Source: a virus | Strand: one strand, 5' to 3' | Virus record (IMG/VR): IMGVR_UViG_3300047160_007578 | Span: 66,263-130,262 of that record | DNA length: 64,000 nucleotides | Part shown: positions 15,990 through 25,425 of the stretch, piece by piece | How the letters are laid out: every line of letters starts with the position of its first letter | How positions within the stretch are numbered: position 1 is the first letter of the stretch | Notes under the pieces: generated by a model | Seen by the model: the letters and a program-made list of their open reading frames with translations, nothing else | Database searches by the model: none | Told to the model about the DNA's origin: nothing | Made by a program: the position numbers and the translations under genes

Positions 15990-18655
15990 CTAGCCCTCCA
16001 GCCCTTTTTAATTGAATAGTCTATGTGTTCATCTTTGGACATTAAACGCCAACTATATCCTTCGTATTTGTCTTGCTGCTTGGTCAAACAACGGTAAATC
16101 TGGTTAAAGTCCAATCCAAATTTCTTTACATCGAATCGGTTCTTGTAAGCATCAACGATTTGGTTTTGATCATTAATCGAAACGATACCATATCCCTTAT
16201 CACCCCAATTGATTACATAGCTATCCCACGGCATTTTGATAAGCGGGACCATCGGTCTAATAGCTTCAACTGCATCTTTTACCACTTTGGCTACCTTTTC
16301 AACATATTGTGGTTTGACCGGAGTAATGATCGAATCGTGGATATTAACAGGTTGAACGATCCATTCGTGTTCGCCCTTTGGTTGCAGATTCCAAACAGCC
16401 AATTGAACACGCTTGGTTGCCTCAGCACCAGTTCCTTGAATCACATGGTTCGCAGCCGCACGCTTATTGTGGCCTTGTACATTGAACGCCGCGGAATATA
16501 TAGCTGAACAGGCCGCACCACCCGCAGTTTGAACCCTATCAGTTCGTGTAACTTTCAGTTTGATATCTTTCATTGCCTTTGGCATTTTATTTGCTAGTTC
16601 AAACAATGCTTTGCAAATCATATTTTCTAAAGTAAAATATCGTTTGAAACCAAACAAGGTTTCCATGTAATCAGATGGTTGATGCCATTCTACTTTCGTC
16701 CCGCGTCCACCCGGCTGTCGCATGGATTGGAACATATCGACGACAACTTGCTGTGCCCGACCAACACCCTTGTACTTGCGATCAAATCTTCTATTTGCTT
16801 CCTCAGCTGCCTCTAATGGTATTCCAAGGCGATCTTGCATTGTTCCAGCATCGCCGCCGTAGATTTTGAGGAAGACAGCTTGCTTTGATTTTGTGTACCT
16901 ATCATCGTCCGTCTTTTCTGTCGCCTTGATTTCATCGTAAGTCATACCAGGGAAACAGAACATACCGAACAGAGCGTGAATCTTTTGGCCCTTATTGCTA
17001 CCACACTTGGAACAGATATAGTCACATTTATTTTGATCAAAAATCATTTCAGACTTGCAAGACTCACAAGTCAACAAGTCCTTTTTCAATTCCGGATCGT
17101 TATAAACAGCTACCGCGATTGTTACCTCGAATGCGTCGAAGTCACCACCCGCTAGAACTTCATCGCCCCAAGTGAACAAAAATTGCATCTTTACTGCGAA
17201 GGTATTTTTGACAGCTTGAATGTTCAAACCGTCCGCACCGCTCATGCGACCACTGAGTGTCCCGATCACTTTCAAGGACGCGTGAAGTCTTCCGGCCGCA
17301 ATAATCTTGTCCCACAGTTCACGTTCCTTATCTGCCTTTCTTGCTAATACGATCTGCTCGCAGCGCACAGCCGCGGGGTGTTTAATAAATCCAGTCCCTT
17401 TACAAACCAGGCACTTATCGTGATCAATCCCGTTACTGTCTTTTTCCATGCATGGCAATTTCCATTCGCGTGCAATATACTCAAGTGTTACTTTCTTGGT
17501 GTTACCATGCTCTGAACTGAAAGCTAATTTCTCATTCTCATCGCAGACGGCCATGATGTAACGCTTAACATCAGCCGGGGCCGTAGGCAATGGAACTAGA
17601 TCATTCTGAATTGGATCAAAAATCAATTTCCGCTTGAATGATTCGTCGCGATGTTTTATCGCACCCGCTATATCCATCCGGTATCCGCGCCAACGCGAGC
17701 AAGCAACCATGATCGCCAACTCGCTATCCATATCCCCCATATCAGCTTCAGTTATATTGAAGAACTTACACAAACCGCGAGTATAGACGATATCATCTTC
17801 CGCGTATTTCCGGGCCAACTCATTGTAGCCCCAATGTATGATATGTTCTTTAATCAACGCGGGCCAAGTGTTCCGATACGGCCCTGCTCGTTTCCGTTCC
17901 TTGGATTTATTTTTGAGTTTTAATCGAATCGCCGCTTTAGCAAACGGAGCATAACCGAATTCGACAGGGAATAGCCGGGGCGATATGTCTCCGTATCGTA
18001 GTATCTGCTCATACGTTGCCAATCCAACATCGACAGCCAAAGCTTTCAAAGCGGAGCTTGGCTTGAACTTCAATACGATATCCTTCCAATCAGGATCAAT
18101 CTCACCAAATGTATCTTTTCGATCCCGGACGTTCCACTTCGATTGGTTCTTATCTTTGCGCCTAGCGAAGTAAATGTCCTTTAGAGGAATCCGTTTCTCT
18201 AATTCTTCTGCCACCATCCAAGCAAGTGGTGTAGGAACGCGTCTTAAGACTACGTCTTTCCTTTCCATTGTGCTCTGATAACTTGTCCTGCGTGCGTGCA
18301 GGAACAAGTCACATACTTTTTGTGGGCGTATCGTTGTCGGACAATCTCTGCCGGCTTCTTCCAGTTCGATTATTGTTTCGATATGATCTTCAGGATATGC
18401 GTCAGGATCAATCTCCATCAATTGCTTGATTATCGTGTACCACTTAACCAGGTGGAACCAATCGAAAACCGCATTAAAGAATATTAATCCGTCCTTGTGA
18501 TGAACGAATTTCATTATCAGTTCCCAAGACTCTTTTGCTGGAGAAGTCCAAGGAGAAAACAGATTGATTGGCCCATCGCCTTCCGCCCACTGGATCAGAA
18601 CGACAAGCCCATGCAGTCCACACGTTTCTGTGTCAATAACTATCGGACTGAACAT
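15986..18655 (-). CDS. polA: family A DNA polymerase with 3'-5' exonuclease
   Basis: ExoI IDTET, GRMS, motif A GDFDAFE, motif B KQAVFLKIYG, NHVIQGT, motif C IHDS. Confidence 0.93.
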   Translation of the reverse strand: MFSPIVIDTETCGLHGLVVLIQWAEGDGPINLFSPWTSPAKESWELIMKFVHHKDGLIFFNAVFDWFHLVKWYTIIKQLMEIDPDAYPEDHIETIIELEEAGRDCPTTIRPQKVCDLFLHARRTSYQSTMERKDVVLRRVPTPLAWMVAEELEKRIPLKDIYFARRKDKNQSKWNVRDRKDTFGEIDPDWKDIVLKFKPSSALKALAVDVGLATYEQILRYGDISPRLFPVEFGYAPFAKAAIRLKLKNKSKERKRAGPYRNTWPALIKEHIIHWGYNELARKYAEDDIVYTRGLCKFFNITEADMGDMDSELAIMVACSRWRGYRMDIAGAIKHRDESFKRKLIFDPIQNDLVPLPTAPADVKRYIMAVCDENEKLAFSSEHGNTKKVTLEYIAREWKLPCMEKDSNGIDHDKCLVCKGTGFIKHPAAVRCEQIVLARKADKERELWDKIIAAGRLHASLKVIGTLSGRMSGADGLNIQAVKNTFAVKMQFLFTWGDEVLAGGDFDAFEVTIAVAVYNDPELKKDLLTCESCKSEMIFDQNKCDYICSKCGSNKGQKIHALFGMFCFPGMTYDEIKATEKTDDDRYTKSKQAVFLKIYGGDAGTMQDRLGIPLEAAEEANRRFDRKYKGVGRAQQVVVDMFQSMRQPGGRGTKVEWHQPSDYMETLFGFKRYFTLENMICKALFELANKMPKAMKDIKLKVTRTDRVQTAGGAACSAIYSAAFNVQGHNKRAAANHVIQGTGAEATKRVQLAVWNLQPKGEHEWIVQPVNIHDSIITPVKPQYVEKVAKVVKDAVEAIRPMVPLIKMPWDSYVINWGDKGYGIVSINDQNQIVDAYKNRFDVKKFGLDFNQIYRCLTKQQDKYEGYSWRLMSKDEHIDYSIKKGWRAR

Positions 18656-18673
18656 TTTAATAAATCCCTCCCG

Positions 18674-18850
18674 TTATGGTTTCTCACTAATCTTGGCATT
18701 GGAAATCAAATCTTGAATGTATTCATCCCGATCTATTTTAACGCCCCATTTAGGTTCGCGATCATCAAGGAATGCTAAGGAATCAATAATCAGTTGCCGA
18801 TATTTTTCTCCGTAGGCTTGCACGAATTCTTCAACGCGTTGTCCAGACAT
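18674..18850 (-). CDS. hypothetical protein
   Basis: 58-aa ORF missing from the track (MSGQRVEEFVQAYGEKY...), GGAGG RBS. Confidence 0.55.
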   Translation of the reverse strand: MSGQRVEEFVQAYGEKYRQLIIDSLAFLDDREPKWGVKIDRDEYIQDLISNAKISEKP

Positions 18851-19127
18851 CAGGTTTTACCTCCTTGACAAGTTTGCACTGTCTCAAGTGCCGGTGTGCG
18901 AGCGTTTCGCCTGAGGCTTCCGTTGCTCGCAATATGTGTTCGCCCCAGGCTTCATCGTCTTTGAAGTGCAGCTTTGCGTGCATCTTCACATATTGTTCCG
19001 TAGTGAAACACTGTGTATCGTTCCCGGCTAAAAGATTATTAATCGTTTCTTTCTTATGCTCATTTAATAGCATTGGAGCTACTTCATTCCACAACTCATC
19101 AGGCGTCATGTCTTTGGCGAGCTTCAT
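18831..19127 (-). CDS. hypothetical protein
   Basis: 98-aa ORF with ATGA overlap. Confidence 0.65.
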   Translation of the reverse strand: MKLAKDMTPDELWNEVAPMLLNEHKKETINNLLAGNDTQCFTTEQYVKMHAKLHFKDDEAWGEHILRATEASGETLAHRHLRQCKLVKEVKPDVWTTR

Positions 19128-19336
19128 TGGCGTAAATCCACTCGGTGGTTAAGTGACCATCCAAAAATATCATCCCACAAATAATCAGGAGCATTAGTCT
19201 TTTTGGGCGTTGCCAGTACCATTTTATTAGCAACTACTTTGTAAGTGAAATCATTCCATCTATTTGATGGCCAATCGGTTTTGGCTCGATTAATCAACCA
19301 CTCGTCTGTCACCGTCTGTCCAAGATATTCAGCCAT
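19124..19336 (-). CDS. hypothetical protein
   Basis: 70-aa ORF with AGGAG RBS. Confidence 0.65.
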   Translation of the reverse strand: MAEYLGQTVTDEWLINRAKTDWPSNRWNDFTYKVVANKMVLATPKKTNAPDYLWDDIFGWSLNHRVDLRQ

Positions 19337-19344
19337 TATTTCTC

Positions 19345-19704
19345 CTAATGGTCATGTTCATGCCGTTTTGATGGTGGTGCGTGATGAGGTTCACGATAAT
19401 GATTACCTTTTATTTTGAACCACTCATTTATTTCATGATGCTCAAAATCAACAATCATCACATAGAGTTGGTGCGAAAAAAATTCTTGCCACCTATCATC
19501 GACCAATTCCCAAATCGGAATCTTGATATCAGACGTGACCTTAGTCGTCACCTTCGGATTATCAGAGTCCGCAGTAATAACCTCCAATCTGATTAATAAT
19601 ACATCCAAATCGGGGCTATCAACAAGCTCGAACTTATAATTTGGCTTGTATGTGACATCCTTTAGGAATGCCCTTATCTTCCTCTTTGCTTCAAATAGGT
19701 GCAT
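19345..19704 (-). CDS. hypothetical protein
   Basis: GAGGT RBS before ATG 19704 (MHLFEAK...). Confidence 0.65.
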   Translation of the reverse strand: MHLFEAKRKIRAFLKDVTYKPNYKFELVDSPDLDVLLIRLEVITADSDNPKVTTKVTSDIKIPIWELVDDRWQEFFSHQLYVMIVDFEHHEINEWFKIKGNHYREPHHAPPSKRHEHDH

Positions 19705-19810
19705 GATTACCTCTACAAACGGAGGCAGCGCGGCATCAGCGCACAACGCTGATCCGCGCCTCTTTTTGTCCCATCGTATCAGATCGGCGAATCACAGTGT
19801 GTCAGGTCGA

Positions 19811-20683
19811 TCACATCTTGTGAACCGCCATCAAATCAAGTACCTCAACTGGTGGACTGTATCTCAAGTGATTTTCTTTCGCGTATTCAACCAGATCGCG
19901 GTACAGATCAAGGTCACTGATTTCGCCGTTCGCCCATGCCAGAGCACGGGTTGCCAGATTCCCCTGTCCCATTTCTTCAATGATATGATCGATCATCTGG
20001 AAGATTTCTTCCGGATTCCGACGCTTCCGTTGCGTTGGCTTGGACTTCTTCTTCTTGATCACCGGAAGTCGTGTCTCGTTCCGAAGCTTCGCTTCCTTGA
20101 TGGCCTTTGCCATCGTCATCTGTTCCGACGGGTCTTTGATTTCAGAAAGATCATAAATCTGTCCCTGCGTCAAGAAGCCTGCCGCGGCTGCCTCTTGGAT
20201 CGGTTCAGCCATCGAGAGCAAACCCATACGGATGACGACCCACTTCTTGCCTTGTCCAGTGAGCCTAGCAATTTCGCCGATAGTGGCACCGAGTTTAATA
20301 AAACGATCGATACCGTGAGCTTCCTGCAATATATTCAAATCCTGTCGTTGGATGTTCTCAACGAAATTGAGACCGAGAGCTTGAATCTCTGTCAAGCCCT
20401 CTCGAAGAATCGTGGGGATTGTTTCGCGCTCGAGATACTCGTAAGCCGCGTATCGTCTGTGACCTACCACAACCTTGTATTTGTAGCCCGGAATATCGAA
20501 CGGACGAACCGTGATCGGTTGAAGTAAACCCTGTGCCTCAATATCTTTTGCAAGCTCAACGATGCTTGCCGGATTAATCTCTCCGCGAATATTGAATTCC
20601 GGATCGGAAAAGATATCGGAAAGTAGAAAATGTTCTACCTTCATATCCTTTTCATTTTCAGGAATGGCCACTGCGACGTTCAT
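19811..20683 (-). CDS. ParB/Spo0J-like protein (CTPase domain plus HTH)
   Basis: ELAKDIEAQGLLQPITVR, GHRR, ENIQRQDL, followed by an HTH. Confidence 0.9.
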   Translation of the reverse strand: MNVAVAIPENEKDMKVEHFLLSDIFSDPEFNIRGEINPASIVELAKDIEAQGLLQPITVRPFDIPGYKYKVVVGHRRYAAYEYLERETIPTILREGLTEIQALGLNFVENIQRQDLNILQEAHGIDRFIKLGATIGEIARLTGQGKKWVVIRMGLLSMAEPIQEAAAAGFLTQGQIYDLSEIKDPSEQMTMAKAIKEAKLRNETRLPVIKKKKSKPTQRKRRNPEEIFQMIDHIIEEMGQGNLATRALAWANGEISDLDLYRDLVEYAKENHLRYSPPVEVLDLMAVHKM

Positions 20684-20706
20684 TGAAACCTCTGGTTTGA
20701 TTTTGA

Positions 20707-20937
20707 TTATAAATCTTCTTCGCCACCGAGACGCTCGTATGCTTCGTTAATCAAAGCGTTCCAGTAATCGTCGTAGCAAGTAAGTGTTTTCTTGAATTGG
20801 TGGAACTCATCGTTCCCAAATAAATCTTGTTGCTCATCCATCAAGCGTTTCAATTCATCGCTACGCTTGCGGGACACGCAATCTCGAAATTCATCCCAAT
20901 ATTGACGATACAGGCGATGGTGCTCAGGTTCATCCAT
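20707..20937 (-). CDS. hypothetical protein
   Basis: 76-aa ORF. Confidence 0.6.
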   Translation of the reverse strand: MDEPEHHRLYRQYWDEFRDCVSRKRSDELKRLMDEQQDLFGNDEFHQFKKTLTCYDDYWNALINEAYERLGGEEDL

Positions 20938-21028
20938 CTTGCCCCCCCTTCGCTTTGATTAATAGTCTCGGGCAGCCTCTCGTGCCAGCGACTACCCGAG
21001 ACCGGTCCCCATGCGGACCTGTTAATAC

Positions 21029-21292
21029 TTACCGCTCGAAAGCCTCCTCTTTTAGTTTCCGATAATTAGCAATGTCATCCTTGAATTGATTTTCACGGAG
21101 TCCTTCTACCCATTGCTCTGGAGCATCCGGACCACCTTCGAGCAAGTGGACGATGATGTGGCGATGATGTTTTATCTCATACTCGTATTCAACGTTCTTG
21201 AACGCCTCTGCTTTTAATTTACCCAAATAATAACCACCGACGAATGTCAACATCATACAGAAAAACACTGTGACAAGTTGATTTGATTTCAT
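21029..21292 (-). CDS. protein with an N-terminal membrane anchor
   Basis: Hydrophobic N terminus. Confidence 0.6.
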   Translation of the reverse strand: MKSNQLVTVFFCMMLTFVGGYYLGKLKAEAFKNVEYEYEIKHHRHIIVHLLEGGPDAPEQWVEGLRENQFKDDIANYRKLKEEAFER

Positions 21293-21609
21293 TAGTTTGC
21301 CATCCTATCACAGAGAGCTACTATTTTTGGATTGAGTCGAATCATATCTTCGCGAGTACCAATGTCAATCATATTACCAATTCGCTTGACGAACGCATAC
21401 ATTTCCCCTGTCGGGACATGAATGTGTATTTTGGTCAGACCTTCCTTGAAATCATCCTGATGTTGACCTACTAGATTAAGAATCGCATCGTTATCAAGTC
21501 CGGACTTTTCTCTCAAATCGCTACCGATACCAACATCGAGAACATCATTTTGTGCAGCCATCGCTGCCCGGAATTGAAACGCTGCTGAGTCGATTCTTTC
21601 CGGTTCCAC
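21292..21609 (-). CDS. hypothetical protein
   Basis: 105-aa ORF, 1-bp overlaps at both ends. Confidence 0.65.
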   Translation of the reverse strand: MEPERIDSAAFQFRAAMAAQNDVLDVGIGSDLREKSGLDNDAILNLVGQHQDDFKEGLTKIHIHVPTGEMYAFVKRIGNMIDIGTREDMIRLNPKIVALCDRMAN

Positions 21610-21863
21610 TATTTTGGCCCTCCGTTCTTTACCATTTCAATCGTATCAATGCCGAACGCGGCTTTCATGAATCGACTCGCGGCACGATTGGCGGCGACAC
21701 GCTCCATGCCTTCGTCAACAGAACACATCGCGATATTGCAGTGCCACGACCACGCATAGGCGGGATCATCGGCGAACACTTTGCTGAGCACCGCAAGAGC
21801 TTCTTTCGGAGTGTTCATTTTAATAGATTCCTGATCAATAATCATTCCGGAAAATTGAGACAC
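21609..21863 (-). CDS. hypothetical phage protein
   Basis: DPAYAWSWHCNIAM conserved-looking motif. Confidence 0.65.
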   Translation of the reverse strand: MSQFSGMIIDQESIKMNTPKEALAVLSKVFADDPAYAWSWHCNIAMCSVDEGMERVAANRAASRFMKAAFGIDTIEMVKNGGPK

Positions 21864-22330
21864 GCAAACTCGCCAAAATATTTCTTTGCCGCCCTGTCGT
21901 AAGCTCTCGCTGCTTCCTCTTCAGTATTAAAGGAACCCAGATATTTTGACTTACCGTTAAGTCGAATCTGAGCACACCATGTTCCACTTTTCTTGTAGTA
22001 ATGAACACCTTTATAATCGCTATATTTCTTTCTACTTTGTGCTCTTCGATTTTGACAAGTATGAGCAGTTGTAGCTTCTCTCAGATTTTCTCGCGTACAG
22101 TTAAAAGGCTGTTGATCTTTATGATCAATATCTTTTTCTTTTGACAATCTCATTCTGTTCGCGATAAATCGGTGCAGATACTGCTTTCGATATTTTCCAT
22201 CAATTTTTATATCGCGAAAAGCATAACCTTTACCATTACTGTGCCAAAGAAAAGCCTTAACAGCTACTTCGTCTTCAACACTAACATAATGAAAATCATC
22301 ACCTGTTACAGAAATACGAGCAACAGTCAT
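21842..22330 (-). CDS. HNH-AP2 homing endonuclease
   Basis: LHRFI, IDHKD...N.RENLR, and AP2 domain YKGV...W.AQI...YLGSF.TEEEAARAYD. Confidence 0.9.
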   Translation of the reverse strand: MTVARISVTGDDFHYVSVEDEVAVKAFLWHSNGKGYAFRDIKIDGKYRKQYLHRFIANRMRLSKEKDIDHKDQQPFNCTRENLREATTAHTCQNRRAQSRKKYSDYKGVHYYKKSGTWCAQIRLNGKSKYLGSFNTEEEAARAYDRAAKKYFGEFACLNFPE

Positions 22331-24390
22331 ATTGCACGCTCATACTCAATTTCCACTTTATTCATTACTGTTTGAAGTTGTCCGAGACTCATGTTCATCA
22401 GATTAATCTTACGAATATGACTTTCCAACACAACTTCATCTTGCGGTAAATGCACCAAGTCTATTATTTGACAGCCACGATTGTGATCTGCTCCAGGACG
22501 ATGTATTCGATCAATTGCTTGCGCTCTATCTTCAGCGCGAAACGAATTAGAGTAGAATACTTCAGCCGACGAAGCTGTTAAATTTAGCCCCATTCCACCT
22601 GCCCCAGGATTACCAACAAAAACTACCTTAGGAAAATCATTCGTATTATCAAATAGTTGGAGCATCCGAACTCCAAACTCTTTCGTAATCACTACTTCCA
22701 TTTTAGTCATAATATCAGGACTTGCCCACCAACCACGACCATCCAATCTAATAACAGACCAACCATTTTTAATACACGTATCAACATTACGGTCAACGCT
22801 ATCGGAAAATGCGGCCCAGATTATAAATCGTCCTTCGTCTGAAAATTGATCAAGCAAATCAGCAATGACCTGATCCTTCGGGCATTCGACGCGAGTAGCA
22901 ATGCGAGAGTAATGAACAACCGTGCCCTTCTTTCCGCATTGGGGACAGTCGATTTCCTTTTCACCGATATTGAGTGGTTCTTCCTTGTAGCCAGTTACGA
23001 TGTTCTTTTCTTCGTCCCATATTGCTCGATGACCGCGAGCCAGCGATTCACCATCCAGAGGATTGGTCGGATCATCCAAATCGACGTTCATTTTGATTAT
23101 TAATCGTCCCTCACAGGTCGGGCAAGTTTCCTCGCCATCGGGGACTTCCTGATATTGGAAACCATCAGATAATTCGCGATTAAGAGTCAGTGCCTTGATT
23201 GCGGAACGTGCCGTTTTCGTTATCAGATTGGAAGCCCGCAACACACTCGGTGTTGGCTTGCACTTGATTATCTTGAATACTTTTTCCGGCAAGTCCAATA
23301 GGTCTTTCTTGAACTTGACCAGTACCAGACCCTTCAATCGTTCGTACAGATACGCAACTTCGTTTACTGATTTCTGGTATGGATGATACCATGACTCGCA
23401 CATATTAATGTGATCGTGGTCGGGATCGTCCTGGAACTTCCCGCATACTTTACATTTATTTTCATCGTCCCACCAGGTAACGAGTTTCGGAAAGCTCCCG
23501 CCGGTGGAACTCTCGTATTGTTTGATCAGCGCGAGTCGATTTTTGAACTTAACCAGATTCCCTTCCTTTAGAAATCCCGGACAAGCTATCTCACATAACG
23601 ACCACCAGTCCGATGGGTCTTTCGGTGCTGGCGTGCCAGTCATCAGAATGATTAATGATTCGCGACCATATAGATGACGCATCCTATCAGCGATGATTTG
23701 AATTGCCTGAGTCCGCTGAGCAGTAGGAGTCTTGAGCCGACTTGCCTCGTCGCACACTAGAACCCGCGGCAGAATGATTTGATCGAGCTTATCTACAAAT
23801 GACCGTATTGCCTCGTAGGTAAAGAACAGTGGCACTGTCCCAGCTTGCCACTTGACGAATTCATATTTCACCGAATCCAACGCAGATCGCGGTCCAGCCC
23901 ACATACATTCTTCGGGCTTGAATCGCAGGACGTTTATTGCGTACTCAAGCGCTTCAATAGACGCCAGAGTCTTACCAACACCCATTTCCTCAGCAACAAT
24001 GCAATGTCGCCGAGTTAGCTCGAATGCCGTCGTTTCGACTTGATGGTTGTACGGTGGCGGATTAGTTCGGTAGGAATTATATTCGACCAGTGGCGTGTCA
24101 TATGGGGCATACGGGTTCAACCCCATCAGATACGCTAACTGGAAATGATTGCGAGGAGTGTCACTGACTACCCAAACCTTGCGTGGCTTCTCTTCATCGA
24201 AACCGAGCCAGCGTGCTCCCTCCATCGCTTTGACTTCATCTTTCAATCTGGCGTTGAAACCAAATTGGATTAATAATCGAGAATAGCCGTGAATCTGTTC
24301 GCGAACTATCACGGCTGGCATCGTTCGCGTCCGTCCGTCAGAGACATACTGAAAACGAACATGCCCTGTCGGAATGTTAATAAGTGGCAT
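22327..24390 (-). CDS. SNF2-family helicase
   Basis: EMGVGKT, DEAS, MTGTP, GMGLNL and QAIDRIHR; CxxC insertions. Confidence 0.92.
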   Translation of the reverse strand: MPLINIPTGHVRFQYVSDGRTRTMPAVIVREQIHGYSRLLIQFGFNARLKDEVKAMEGARWLGFDEEKPRKVWVVSDTPRNHFQLAYLMGLNPYAPYDTPLVEYNSYRTNPPPYNHQVETTAFELTRRHCIVAEEMGVGKTLASIEALEYAINVLRFKPEECMWAGPRSALDSVKYEFVKWQAGTVPLFFTYEAIRSFVDKLDQIILPRVLVCDEASRLKTPTAQRTQAIQIIADRMRHLYGRESLIILMTGTPAPKDPSDWWSLCEIACPGFLKEGNLVKFKNRLALIKQYESSTGGSFPKLVTWWDDENKCKVCGKFQDDPDHDHINMCESWYHPYQKSVNEVAYLYERLKGLVLVKFKKDLLDLPEKVFKIIKCKPTPSVLRASNLITKTARSAIKALTLNRELSDGFQYQEVPDGEETCPTCEGRLIIKMNVDLDDPTNPLDGESLARGHRAIWDEEKNIVTGYKEEPLNIGEKEIDCPQCGKKGTVVHYSRIATRVECPKDQVIADLLDQFSDEGRFIIWAAFSDSVDRNVDTCIKNGWSVIRLDGRGWWASPDIMTKMEVVITKEFGVRMLQLFDNTNDFPKVVFVGNPGAGGMGLNLTASSAEVFYSNSFRAEDRAQAIDRIHRPGADHNRGCQIIDLVHLPQDEVVLESHIRKINLMNMSLGQLQTVMNKVEIEYERAI

Positions 24391-24450
24391 TCACCCTCCG
24401 CGTCTGAGCACGGGAATCCCGTGCTCGATAAATTGGACTGTCCCAATAAA

Positions 24451-24660
24451 TCAAGCTGCTCCCACAAGATCATTGACTATTGCAACGAATTGATAAATCC
24501 GGTATCCATCCTCGCTATATCGTTCCGTTTGCCGATAGAGGTAATCGACACCATCCACATGAATAAGGATGGTATCACTGTGTCGCCCGAGTGGTAGAAA
24601 TCGGCGGGTTCCGTCACGCGGGCCGAACCGAAACTCAATGTACATGTTCGCCCCTCTCAT
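24451..24660 (-). CDS. hypothetical protein
   Basis: Short ORF with F.FGP.DG motif; true start probably 24645. Confidence 0.55.
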   Translation of the reverse strand: MRGANMYIEFRFGPRDGTRRFLPLGRHSDTILIHVDGVDYLYRQTERYSEDGYRIYQFVAIVNDLVGAA

Positions 24661-24672
24661 AAATCGTAATCG

Positions 24673-24731
24673 TAGAATTATGATCTTTAATTGTGATCTA
24701 GAATTATGATCTAGAATTATGATCTTTAATC
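24673..24731. repeat. 13-bp tandem repeat (TAGAATTATGATC-like, about 4.5 copies)
   Basis: TAGAATTATGATC TTTAATTGTGATC TAGAATTATGATC TAGAATTATGATC TTTAATC. Confidence 0.8.
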
Positions 24732-24811
24732 AAACAAACGCCTCTTCCCTGTCCCTGCTTCGCGGCGTTTTCACTGGCTGTGTAATAGCACGAATACAGT
24801 TGCAATACTAA

Positions 24812-24851
24812 GGCCCACTGCTATGGGTATCGCTACCCATAGCAGTGGACC
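24812..24851 (-). terminator. strong hairpin after the Gly-rich peptide gene
   Basis: CCACTGCTATGGGTA-tcgc-TACCCATAGCAGTGG perfect stem. Confidence 0.6.
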
Positions 24852-24856
24852 GGCCA

Positions 24857-25069
24857 CTAACGGCAGCGACCGCCGGAACAGCCACCCCCATAGGAGAAGC
24901 CACCCGCGTAGGCGAAACCGCCCGCGTAGCCGCCACCGCACCCGCCACCGTAAACGACGGCGTGTCCACCACCGCGCCGGCCGCCGCCTCGACAGCCCCG
25001 AGCGTCCACGGTCTCCACGAAAAGCACAGAGCCAATAAGTGCAACGAGAGCCAAAGCCAGGAATCGCAT
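24857..25069 (-). CDS. secreted Gly/Cys/Arg-rich peptide
   Basis: Signal peptide MRFLALALVALIGSVLFVETVDA followed by RGCRGGG...GGGCSGGRCR; GGAG RBS. Confidence 0.65.
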   Translation of the reverse strand: MRFLALALVALIGSVLFVETVDARGCRGGGRRGGGHAVVYGGGCGGGYAGGFAYAGGFSYGGGCSGGRCR

Positions 25070-25113
25070 AGCGTGTTCTCCGCGAGTGACCAGAACGATC
25101 AATGATCACGCGA

Positions 25114-25425
25114 TCACATCATCGCCCCGGTATGAATCAGAATTATGTTACTGTTAATTTCGATCGGTTTGATTTTGCCCTTATTTGCATCCTGCCAATC
25201 TTTTTCCGTAGAGAAGATGATATTATCCAGTTTGGTGGCGAGCCATTCGTAGAGCCAGGTGTCCACCGGATGACCCTGCTCGTTGTTCGCGAGATTGCCG
25301 TATTCACCGTGGCACTTCCAGAGATTCTTGAACTCGTCCGACATGGGATCAAGTTCAAGATCATAAATCGTGGTCGCCTCCGGCACCGCCTCGAAGATAA
25401 CCAGAGCCCGAGTGAGAGTGTTCAC
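25114..25425 (-). CDS. hypothetical protein
   Basis: 103-aa ORF with GTGA overlap. Confidence 0.65.
   Translation of the reverse strand: MNTLTRALVIFEAVPEATTIYDLELDPMSDEFKNLWKCHGEYGNLANNEQGHPVDTWLYEWLATKLDNIIFSTEKDWQDANKGKIKPIEINSNIILIHTGAMM

Noticed and set aside
21842-22330. HNH-AP2 gene as part of a group I intron or intein
   Set aside because: It overlaps intact flanking genes directly with no room for intron structure, so it is free-standing.
24748-24781. Possible degenerate guide units here and at 6351-6395
   Set aside because: The spacing fits but the repeats deviate at several positions, and the 6351 case is better explained as a hairpin.
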